Source of the DNA: Felis catus
Taxonomy: Eukaryota
Direction: 5' to 3'
Length of the DNA: 64,000 bases
Assembly: GCF_018350175.1 (NCBI RefSeq)
Contig: NC_058377.1
Span: 61,938,001-62,002,000, forward strand
Below, piece by piece: positions 37,651 through 48,860 of this stretch; positions within the stretch are counted from its first letter, which is position 1, and each line of letters starts with the position of its first letter. The notes beneath the pieces were generated by a model that saw nothing but the letters and a program-made list of their open reading frames with translations, searched no databases and had not been told where the DNA came from. The position numbers and the translations under genes are program-made.

Positions 37651-37832
37651 CTTTATTTAATGCTTATTTATTCATTCTCAGAGAGAGAGAGAGAGAGAGA
37701 GAGAAAATCCCAAGTAGGCTCCTCACTGCTAGTGCCTAGCCCAACGCAGGCTGAATTCATGAACTACAAGATTATGACCCGAGTCAAAATTCAAAGTCAG
37801 ATGCTTAACAGACTGAGCCACCCAGGTGCCCC
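37651..37832 (-). mobile_element. Can-SINE specific to I3
   Basis: 12-bp TSD TCAATTATTGAA (37639-37650 and 37833-37844). Confidence 0.9.
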
Positions 37833-40368
37833 TCAATTATTGAATGTTTTTAACTCCATAATTTATATATGATTTTTAAAAATAATTTTTATCTCTTTAC
37901 TGGTATTATCACAATTACAATTTCCTTTAGTTCATTGAGCCTATTTAAAATGATTGATTTAAAGTCATGATTAATAAGTCTAATGTTTTGACTTCCTCAG
38001 GACAGTTTCTGTTGGTATTTTTCCCCTCTTCATGGACCATAATTTTTGTTTCTTTTGATGCCCCATAATCTATTGAAAACTGGACACTTTGTGGCAGTTC
38101 TGGGAATCACATTTTTCTCTATCCCCAGAATTCATTTTTATTGCTATTTGTTGTTGTTATTGCTGCTGGCATTTACTTAGTGAATTTCTGAATTAATTCT
38201 GTAACATCAGTTGTTTTGTGTGCAGCCACTGAAGTCTGCTGAGTTAGCCCAGTGCCAGCTAATAATTGGAAAGAGATTTCCTTACATACCTGGAAGCAGT
38301 ATTTGTCTTTGCTCAGAGATCTGTAGGCATGTTGGAACACAACTTCAACACCCAGACATTCATTATGGGACTCTACGTTAGTCTTTATCTTTCTGCTCAG
38401 GCACAGTCTCAAGATGAGCCAGGGATGAGACATGAGGGCCTTCTCAGACCTTTTCTGGTCATTTCTACAGCCCTGGGCATATGCAGAGCTCTGACATGCA
38501 CATGGCCTTCTATACCTCAGGTATACATCAAAAATATTCAAAGCTCTTATAAATATCTCATTCTTCAGCTTTTCCTTTTTAGCAGTTTGGTTAATTTAAT
38601 ATTTTTCCCAACTGTTATCCACTGTCACAGTCAGCCGCAAAGTTAATTGATTACTGGTAATTGTTTTTGACTTACCCACTGGGAAAATGATGTTTGCATT
38701 AAGAGGGCTACAGATCAGATGAAATAGAAACAGTCTAGCAAGAGTGATCTTCACAGGAAGTATCAGGCCAGATAATGACAATTTTCTGGAAAGGAGATTC
38801 TGAAAGAAGTCCAGCTCCAAACTGCTCCCTCTGGATGCCCCTGGACTATTGGTTTTCACTGTGCATTCTGGTTATTATTTTTTAAGGCTACAGTAGAGCT
38901 AGAGAGTGGGTGAATGGGATTAGGACAAATCAAAATGACACATAGCCACCGATCTTGCAAAAGGTCAACCATTTTTCTTAAATACACTCTACTTAGACAG
39001 ATGCAAGCCTTTGTTCAACGTCTAGAATTTTGAACAAGTTGATTCAGACCATTTCTTGCCCATTTTCTCATTTTCTCAATGGAAGAAGAAAATTTCCGAG
39101 GTCCTTACTCTGCCATTTTCACAGATGTTACCACCATTCTCCATATTATTTCCTTGCTGGCAGAGTGGGAGGCAAGATATCCATTAGGGGAAAAGGGAAG
39201 AAGTGTGTTATATTTGAGAACATGTTTTTTGGATCATACCTGTTATGAACACCAGGTCACTCACTTGTCAGTTAGACGATGCTATCTAAACCATGACTGA
39301 AACCTTAGTTTCCCTATCCTTAGAAAAATATAATATCTTACAAACCCCCTCCATATGTTGTTGTGAGTATCATATGGATTATTTACTTAGGTTGCAGATG
39401 GCAGGGGTACAACAGATGCTATTTTCCAGACCAGCATCTATCCCCCTTTTGGGACAATCATAGGACAGACATGGTAGAAACCAGAGAACTTGTCTCCTGT
39501 CAGTTGTGGATGTTCTCAGGCAGGAATGCTGGGCTGAGAAGGGAATTTCTGACTTCACAGAGGAAGGACTTTCTGTCACTTTTCTTCTAAGGGCACTGCC
39601 ATTCTCAGCTCTGGTTTAAAATCTTCCACTCCTCTTTGACTATTACTCTCATCCCCATGTCCATTTAGTTTTCAAGTTTCATGGCCTTTCTACAAACATT
39701 TCTTCCATTTTATTTATACCTTATCTGCCTGAATTTAGACTTTTACCATCTGAATTGCCAAAGCAATCTCCTAATTTTTCCCTGCACCAGCTCTGCCAGA
39801 ATGCATCAATTTCTTCCCTTTGCTTACAGAGTGATCATTATAAAATCTAAATATTCCTCCTTAGGTTCTTCAAAGCATACACATTATCCTTTCTTCCAAA
39901 ATTAGGTAATGACCGAGGTGTGTACCATCCTTCAGGTCTTGGTCTTAACTCATCAGTCTATTTCTATGACCCATTGATTTTTGGCTAGAATACTTCATCT
40001 TCCATTTCTTAGGCAGAAAAAGAAGTGTACATATTATAACCTGGTACAAGTCGCTGTACCATGAGTTGCTCAAGGATATGCTTATTTGGCATTGGAGTCC
40101 CTTATGTCTTCTTTCATGTTAGTCATTCACTCCTTCATGGACAATATTATAGTAATATCATACCATAAAACTGTGCATCCACTGTCACCAGTGACCTCAA
40201 TATTCCTATATATGTTGGATTCTCAATTATGAGGCTGTTACAGTTGACTGTTCCATATTTCTTGATTGTTTCTCCTTTCTCGGATTACTAACTGCCGCAC
40301 TTCATTGATCCTCCACCTATCTCCATGTTTACTCCCATATTTACCTCCCTTCAGTTTTCTTTACCCTT

Positions 40369-40802
40369 GTCCATGTAACTGCAGAGGCTGAAAAGTCCCA
40401 TGATTTGTCATGTGCAAGATGGAAACCCTGGGAAGCTGGTGATGTAATGCTATCTAAACCTGAAGGCCTGTGAACCAAAGCAGCTGAAGGTAGAGATTCT
40501 AGTCCACTTCTGAGGGCCCGAGAATCAGGAGTACCAAGAACCAGAAAAGATGATGTTCCACCTGAAGCAAACAGAGAAGAAGCACCTAGGTTTTCTTCCT
40601 GCAAACTTTTCTCTATTCAGGCCTTCAGTGGCTGGGATTATGTTCACAGATGTTGGGGATGACAACCTGCTTTACTGAGCGCATCAATTCAAATGCTACT
40701 TTCATGCAGAAACACTCTTACAAACACACCTAGAAAACTGTTAGCCAACTATCCAGGAACCATGGGAACCATCCAAGTTGACACATAAAATTAACAACCA
40801 CA
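40369..40802 (-). mobile_element. MLT2 LTR in I3, truncated by a deletion
   Basis: Paralog lacking ~400 bp that includes the LTR 3' end and flanking sequence. Confidence 0.78.
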
Positions 40803-41076
40803 CTGTCTAATCTAGACTAGGTGTCATTTGCACGTATTTTTCTCATTCATTCCCCATATCTGTTTCAGTAGTCACCAAACCTTAAATATTCTATATCCCG
40901 AGTGTAAGTCTGACAGCAAGCTCCAAAGGGGCAATGAATGTTGGAGATAAGCCCTAATGGGGAAAATAAAGGTAATTAACCAGAGCAAACAAAATGATTG
41001 CTAGACAAAGCTAACGTTTGAGGCCAGGGATATACATTGGGTTAATTTGAGGATATTTATGATTTTTATCCATACT

Positions 41077-41237
41077 ATTTCTATGGGCTGATTGTATATC
41101 ACAAACAAAAAAAAAAAAACAAAGAAACAAACAAAAAAACACCTCATGTGTTGAAGTTGAAGTTCTAAGCCCTAATGTAACTGTGTTGGAAGTTAGCATT
41201 TAGAGGCATAATTAAAGTAAATGAGGTCATAAAGTTC
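41077..41237 (+). mobile_element. MLT1A-type LTR 5' part in I3 (remainder deleted)
   Basis: Similarity to 14520/27018 stops at GAGGTCATAAAGTTC. Confidence 0.75.
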
Positions 41238-41277
41238 TGTCATGACTAAGTTCAGTCATGACTAAGTCATGGTTCTT

Positions 41278-41490
41278 TTTTTTTACTTTTTAATGTTTTT
41301 TAAAAATTTTTTGAGAAAGAGAGAGAGAGCACATGCTGGGGAGGAGCAGAGAGAGAGACACACAGAATCTGAAGCAGACTCCAGGCTCTGAGCCGTCAGC
41401 ACAGAGCCTGACATGGGGCTTTAACTCACGAACTGCGAGGTCACGACCTGAGCTGAAGTCAGACGCTTAACCGAGTCACCCAGGTGCCCC
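41278..41490 (-). mobile_element. Can-SINE specific to I3
   Basis: 14-bp TSD AAGTCAT(G/A)GTTCTT (41264-41277 and 41491-41504). Confidence 0.92.
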
Positions 41491-43907
41491 AAGTCATAGT
41501 TCTTAATGAGGAGTTACATGAAAGATAATTAAAGAAAGATTCAAAGAGTAAAGACCTCTTTTTTTACTTGGTTAACTTCAGGTAATTTTTGCAATTTTAT
41601 TTAAATATCTATCATTAGACTATGCTGTTAACTGGAAAGAAAAATAATTCTGAAAGGTGAATTATTAAATTTAGTACTTGTAAATGTAACTGACATATTT
41701 TATGAACTCCTCTATTTTTCAAAATTCACTAGATGACTTCTAAAGATAAAAAAATTATGTCATGTTTTATACATGTTTTTGGTTTTAGTGAAGATGTACG
41801 TTAGAAAAGTTATGTATTATTCATTAAACACTATTTTTATAAATTTTATAAAATATTTTTGAGTTTTATTCAATCCTAAATTTAGTTAATCTCAGACAAT
41901 TTTTCCCATGTTCTTAGTGATATGTTTCTCATTTATTTTATAATAAAAAATTATCAAGTATAGCTAAATGAATGGATTTATTTTGATTTTTATATATGAC
42001 TTATATTTATTAAATCCCAAAATGTCATACAGGTTATAACACACGCATGCACAAATATGAGTACAGGGTTTTTGTGTTACTTGCTAAGCCATTGTCTCTC
42101 AGCTTCAAACCCTTCTGTGCTCTGCTTGGGGGTGCCTAGGCTGGGACCACACTTTCCCTCCACCTGCTGGCTGGCTGTTAGACGCTGCCAGTAGAGGGCA
42201 GTAGAGGCCGATTAGAAAGCTGGGTCAGGGCTAGGGGATTTGATTATCCTATGCACACTCTGTTCCTGTTCGTGTCACCCAAGTTCCCCTGTTTTCATTG
42301 GTGATACCAGTTGATTCTAATAGAAACAGTAGGTTTTAAGTGGCTTTTTTTTTTGGTCCTTACTTTGAAACAACCTCGTCATGTTCTTCAGATATACCAG
42401 CACCACCTGGCTGGAATCCCTCCTCAGAGTACCCACTATGAGGGCACTCTCCTTTGCCAGAAACTCCTCTCTCAGGACCATTGCTGATTACAGCAGTTAC
42501 TCTCAATTATAGCTGGATTCCCACAGTGCGGAAGAAACTCCCTCCACTCCCAACTAAGTTACTTACTTAACTATGGGTTCTTAGAGCTTATTTTTATAAA
42601 GGTAAAATTAAGAGCATCTAAGTACAAACCCCACTTCATTGAATCAATATGGACTAATGAATACATGAGGTTAATTGGAAAAAATTAAAAGCTCCATCAA
42701 CCTCATTAAGAAATAATATTCTGAAAACAAATTAGCCCTATGTATATACTCGATAAAATTTAAACATTATCATATAGCTTTTATTAATTAATGATTATAA
42801 TAATTGTTATATTACAACATTTTAACATTTGCATCCCATAATTACAAGAAATAAAATCTCTTTGTATTATTAGAAACATATAAGTGTTATAATGAGATAT
42901 TCAAGCAAAAATATACATGTGGGAATACAGACCAACTTTAAAGAGAGAGAGCAATATTTTTGAATTTCTGAAAATTAAGAAAATCTTGCTCAAATACTTT
43001 TAAATGGGCATTGCTGAATTGGAAATTTCTAGGGCATACAATTTCCATAAAATAAATTAAAAACTGTCCTATGGGAGTTTTATTTCTAATGTCAATATTC
43101 ACAAAATACTAGAAATTAGGTCTTTTTCTGCTCTTTACACTTTTAATGAAAGTTCTTAGAGTCCTTTTAAAGTTTTGAAGAGAATATAGTGATTTGAAAA
43201 TTCTTTTAGGATATACCCACATGCAACGTTTGAATGAATGTTAGATTACAATAATTTGAAAGGAGATATGTATATTACAAAATAAGAGAGGTGAGTACTC
43301 TGAAGTCATGGAAGAAAAATCACCTATTCTGCAAAGGGTTTTGATGCCAGGAATCCCTGGTGCAGGGACCAGAGAGATGGCTGGAGTTAGGGAGCTGAGG
43401 GGATCTACCTAGGGCACTGATGTCATTTCCAACCAGGTCTGCTTCATGGCAAACAAGCAGGACAGTTACATGGTGCCCATGCTCAGAAGGTCCTTGTGCT
43501 TTCCTTAAAGCTCTGCTGTCATCATATTGAAATTCTTGGTAATTTGATATTTGAACTTGTGTTCACTTTGTAAGATCACTTTGTAAGTGAAGCCTACAGT
43601 ACAACGATGTATGCACTTGTCCACTACCATTATTTCCTGCCTATGAGCATAGAATTCTGGTGGGTTCACAGTGAGAAGAGTTCCAGGAGGACAGAAGCAA
43701 AGAGAAGAAAAGAAAGGAAGTGACAAGGAAGAAAAGAGAAACAGAGAGATGAGAGGAAAGGATAAAACATAAAACAAAGTATACCGGATGTTTCATTTCC
43801 ACTTTCCTGGCAAAGTCATCAAAGAAGATTCTCCTTCCTTATTTCTTCCTCATTTTACCACCCCCCCCTTCTTGTTCTCTTTCTCAAAGTGTGTTTCATG
43901 GACCAAG

Positions 43908-44056
43908 TCCCTGGAGGTCGCCACTTTGCTTTACACTCCTGAGCATCACAGACAGAGTCAATAAATAAGCTCACTTATCAAGCCCGTTGACCAGAGGAGG
44001 CTGGGCCATAGAGCTGAACCGAAGACATTCACTGAGCCCAGAAAACTCAGGTGAGA
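43908..44056 (+). promoter_or_regulatory. Putative promoter and non-coding first exon of OR copy D
   Basis: TCCCTGGAG at 43908-43916, AATAAATAA at 43960-43968, donor CAG|GTGAGA at 44051. Confidence 0.5.
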
Positions 44057-46531
44057 GAAAGATCAGCTATTTCAATCCAGATTACACATTCAGCCCCCTC
44101 TGCTCCCTCATCCCACACCCACCCAAACTTGCACAGAAACACAGCTTTTACCTCCTTTAGTCACACTGTGTATTCAGATTCATACCTCCTGCACAAGCTG
44201 TCACTCGACCACCCTCTGTCCCCAGAGCCTCACTCTCAGGACACCTCTCACATAGCTCCAACCTCAGTATGCCCCGTCTGCAAGTGTGTGTCTACCACAG
44301 AGGTTCGGTCTTGAAATCAGATTCCAACAACTGTGTTCAATGAAAGAACACAGGGTTAAATAACTGAGGTCTAGGTCAGAGAGGGGGACTCAAGGACAAG
44401 ACCCTGGGACATTTGGGTGGATGCGCCCATTGTGTACCAGGGTGGCACCCCCTCAATATCCTTATCCCCTTGCTTCTCAGGGGAAATAAATCCAACTCTT
44501 CTGTAACCACAGTTTTTCTGCTCTTCACAACCCAGAATATCACAGAATACCACTATATTATAATAACCACTTAAAAACTTCCTTCAGGGGCAAGAATAGG
44601 CTGGGAAGAGAGGGGAAGGGAAGATGGTAATAATTGTCGCTCTCCGCCCTCTACCATCCAAGCCTCTTTCCCCTAGTGTCGAGGCTCGTGTCAAGGTTGA
44701 GACCAAGACTCTTTGGTGTCATCAGTGAAAATCTCTGTCCAAATAAGAGGGGCTCCTCAATTCTCTTTATCTCTTTGATATTCATTAACTAATAAATTAA
44801 TTGCAGCCTTATGAATTGATATTAGAAAAAGTGGCTTATTTGAAAGAAATATCTAAGAATTCAGATATTGGTCACATTTATGCATATTTGGGTGAAGTAA
44901 AACTTGAAAAATCTGAATCAGGACACATAAATCAGGACCCCTTATTTCAGTTGTGAAATTAACATACTCTGTGATGTAGATGACATCAGTTTACTTCTCT
45001 AGACCTTGTCTTCCTATTGATTAAGAGTGCCAATGGTAATTGCACTCTATTTGCTCCAGAAGGTTGTTAGATGATAAAGAGGTTGCAAAAAAATGGGGGT
45101 GATTATTTGTGGTGCTTATATTTTTAATTTCATGAATATTACTTTTTGCACAACCGTAAGTTTTTTGAGGATAGAAATCACATGATGCCATTTCAAATTT
45201 AGTGATAAAAAACAAAAGGCCTGAAAATGTTGTGGGATTATTCCAATGACACATAATGAGCAGATACAAAACAGAGAATGACTATTGAGTCATTAATTTT
45301 TCCAAATTAAGACAGCCCAAAGAAGAAGAATATTTCTTCAGTGTCACAATCAATTCTGTTAGAGAATTGGGACTACAATTCAAGTTTCTCAGAATCCTGT
45401 ACAGATTTCTTTTTAGTAGACAATGTTTTACTAAGGGAAAATGTTTGAAATACCAGCTAGACTTCTACAACAAAAACAGATTCCCTTTCCAAAATATCTT
45501 CACTGTGAGCAACACCAGGACACTCCATTTTCTCCCCTGATGTGCTTCTGTCAGCACTTGGTCTTCTGATCTAGCCTCAGGATCCAGTCATTACACTGGG
45601 GGTCACACAAGACCTCAGGTTGGCTTTGCCACGGTAGGAAGTCTGTCTCTCAGCTGGAATGTCTCATGTATCTCTGTCTTTCTTCTACTGTATCTTCGGG
45701 AATACTCAGCACGCTGTAGATAATCAGGAGATATGGAAGCACAATCAGGTGGACTGGCCTTTTTCTAGACATTCCAGGTAAGATATAAAATGAAGTTATG
45801 CACTGTATATTTATGAAGATACATACAAATGCAGAAAATACAGTGATTGCATTATTATATCATGAAGTCAAAAAGTCAATGATATGTTAGTAAAGTTAAT
45901 GGAATTGAGTCTTAAGTTGACGATTTACAAAATGTCTACATCAGGACTCAGTCATGGTCAGTGTAGAGTATACAATTGCATAAAGGCATAGTCTCAGCCA
46001 TTGGGATTTTGTAAAGTAGTTGAAGGATAAAAAATAACAATAAAAGATCATTAAGGACCAGAAGAAAGGAAAGTCTTCTGGGAGGCAGAAAAACTAACTG
46101 AAGCTTAGAAAAAAGAGAAAAAAGCTTAGAAAGGAGGGGGAAAATGAAGACAGAAGATTCTATAAGCATGAATGAAAGAGAGAAGGAATATTCCTCAATG
46201 TGAGTGGACTAGACTAATAAATGATGGACAGGATGTGTAGCACGTAAGTTGTGAAGGATCATATTGGAAAGATGCTTAAATGTTTGGTGCTTGGAATATA
46301 GAACTATAAACATCATGGATGGGTACAGGAATTAGCATAAAGAAGAAAAAGACTATATGTGATAGCATATTTCAAGACTCTTGAACAAGTTAATAATAAT
46401 AAATATTTTTCTCCACCTAAAAAGATGGTTTCACAGAAAGTTCATCATTTTATGTGAGTGACCCAACAACCTGATATTACAGGGCCAGAATACCATGACC
46501 ACTTGGATAGAGGCGTTTATTTCCAAGCAGA

Positions 46532-47488
46532 ATGTCAGCTTCCAACATCAGTGAGGATAGTCTCCCAGGCACACTCATCCTGACGGGCATCCCAGGGCTG
46601 GAGTGGGCCCATGTCTGGATCGCCATCCCCTTCTGCGCCATGTATCTTGTAGCGCTGGCTGGGAATGCTGCCCTCATCCTGGTCATTGTGACAGACAGTG
46701 CTCTTCATGCACCCATGTACCTCTTCCTGTGCCTTCTTTCGCTCACCGACCTGGCTCTCAGCTCCACCACGGTGCCTAAGATGCTGTCCACTTTATGGCT
46801 GCATGCTGGAGAGATTTCCTTTGGTGGATGCCTGGCCCAAATGTTTTGTGTCCATTCTATCTATGCTCTGGAGTCCTCAGTTCTTCTAGCCATGGCCTTT
46901 GATCGCTACGTGGCAATCTGCAACCCACTGAGATACACAACTATTCTCAACCATAGCATCATAGGCATGATTAGCCTTGTTGGGCTATTCCGTAGTGTGG
47001 CCATTGTGACCCCATTCATCTTCTTGTTGAGGCGACTGCCTTACTGTGGTCACCATGTCATGGCCCACACATACTGTGAGCACATGGGCATCGCTCGCCT
47101 GGCCTGTGCCAACATCACTGTCAATATTGTCTATGGGCTGACTGTGGCCCTGCTGGCCATGGGTCTGGATGCCATCCTCATTGCCATTTCCTACGGCTTT
47201 ATCCTGCATGCTGTCTTCCGCCTTCCATCTCAAGATGCCAGGCACAAGGCTCTGAGTACCTGTGGCTCCCACCTGGGGGTCATCCTGGTCTTCTACATCC
47301 CTGCCTTCTTCTCCTTCCTCACCCACCGCTTTGGCCAGCACCGAGTCCCCAAGAATGTGCACATTTTTCTGGCCAACCTGTACGTGCTGGTGCCTCCTGT
47401 GCTCAACCCGATCATCTATGGGGCTAGGACCAAGGAGATTCGGAGCCGACTTCTGAGGCTGCTTCACTTGGGGAAAATTTCAACATGA
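46532..47488 (+). CDS. OR52D1: Class I olfactory receptor OR52D1, copy D (318 aa), likely positional ortholog
   Basis: Intact ORF. The C-terminus LLHLGKIST resembles recalled human OR52D1 (LLHLGKTSI), and it is the copy adjacent to the ubiquilin genes. Confidence 0.9.
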   Translation: MSASNISEDSLPGTLILTGIPGLEWAHVWIAIPFCAMYLVALAGNAALILVIVTDSALHAPMYLFLCLLSLTDLALSSTTVPKMLSTLWLHAGEISFGGCLAQMFCVHSIYALESSVLLAMAFDRYVAICNPLRYTTILNHSIIGMISLVGLFRSVAIVTPFIFLLRRLPYCGHHVMAHTYCEHMGIARLACANITVNIVYGLTVALLAMGLDAILIAISYGFILHAVFRLPSQDARHKALSTCGSHLGVILVFYIPAFFSFLTHRFGQHRVPKNVHIFLANLYVLVPPVLNPIIYGARTKEIRSRLLRLLHLGKIST

Positions 47489-48520
47489 AATTTGAGTACA
47501 GGCTAGGGATAAGGAAAGTAAATGGGTTCTGAGCTTTCTAGGTACATTTACATGGATGGAGGCCTCTAATATGACGTAAGCGTGTTTTTAGGAGAGGAAG
47601 TAGTGGAAGCAAAGGGAAGGTCAGATGAATTGGAAATACCAAAAATCACATTGAACACAACACATTCTTGAGGCTCTTTGGGCAACACTGAATAACTCAG
47701 AGAGATGATAATATTTTTACTCTTGGGGAAATTTTACAATTAGGAATAAGCACACCTTGGAGATATCTCAGTAGCTACAATAGTGCCCGTGCAGAATGCT
47801 CCTGATTTTTTTTCTTTTCCTGCAAATATTTCCATGACTTACTAAAGATCAGGTCAATTCCTTTTCTTAAATGAGTCTGTGTTTCATAGTGGAAATATTC
47901 TTCTGTGAGTCCAAGTTTTAAAAAATGATCATTTTAGGTAAATTTGTCTGATTTCAATGTTTTGGATAGTGATGAAGAGCAAAAAGTCTAAGGTCAGAGT
48001 TTCTGGATGTGAATCCTGGTTCCTCTGCTTACTGTTTTTGTGGTCTTGAGCCTGATGCTAAATCTCTCTATGCCTTGGTTTGTCCAACTGTCAAATGAGT
48101 AAATGTTAATATCTAACTGTTAATGCTGTGGTGAGGAATAAGTAAGTTAATGAATGCAGAAAACTTAAGACAGTGCCTGACATGTAAAATGGTCAACCAA
48201 TAAATATGAGAACGTTATGTACACTCTGAACTTTATTAGTCAACTTATAACTTATTTAGGATGGTTTTATATTATATCATTTACAGGATTATTATGATAC
48301 CTATATCAAATAACAACCCTAAAATATTTAGACAGGTCTTGGGATATGAATAGTGCCTGTTAAAACTGTATTTTCTCCCATTCCTCCTCTGGTCTTCTGT
48401 TTTGAAATCCCTTTCCTTTTAGCCATAAAATTATCCCTCATTAAGAATTCAGAGGGGCCTTCTCAAAATCCAAGTGCCTTTTTTAATAACCCTCCTTTGC
48501 CCTAGTAACCTCAGTTCTAA
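47489..48520 (+). repeat. Old diverged paralogous copy of the OR 3' flank
   Basis: Weakly similar to 9625-10520, 22110-23090 and 36389-37320, including the MIR. Similarity ends at about 48520. Confidence 0.7.
47968..48210 (+). mobile_element. MIR in the 3' flank of copy D
   Basis: MIR core with CAGTGCCTGACA...CCAATAAA. Confidence 0.7.
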
Positions 48521-48559
48521 AATACACAAATAAGTCACCGGTTGCTCCTTTCCATAATT

Positions 48560-48860
48560 CAAAACATGGTTACTATCAGCATCTTTCATTAAGAGCCTAT
48601 GATTCAGAGAAGCTAAAAGTGCCAAGATTATGCATCTATATGGACAGTATCTCATACCTTCTTCAGTATGAGATACATGTGAGGATGCCCAGCTGCACAA
48701 ACACATAGTAGCGGAAGTGAAGAGCTGTTATCTTCTGAGGCAGTAAATGGTAAAGAGACCCAGTGATGTAATGATCTCAGGAACAGAGAACAATATATAC
48801 AAAGGAGCGGAAGGTGGGAATGTGGAGGGGAAGTGCTGTTCTGTTCCTGAAATGCTCCTT
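48560..48860 (-). pseudogene. Possible highly decayed class I OR N-terminal relic (tentative)
   Basis: The - strand translation has NST...HHWVSLPF...N-x13-H-xx-MY, followed by LS..NLG in another frame, in OR-like order. Confidence 0.25.

Larger units (their letters stand above)
36389..46531 (+). repeat. Tandem duplication interval I3 (C to D)
   Basis: Collinear with I1/I2; shortened by deletions near 40369 and 41238. Confidence 0.93.
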
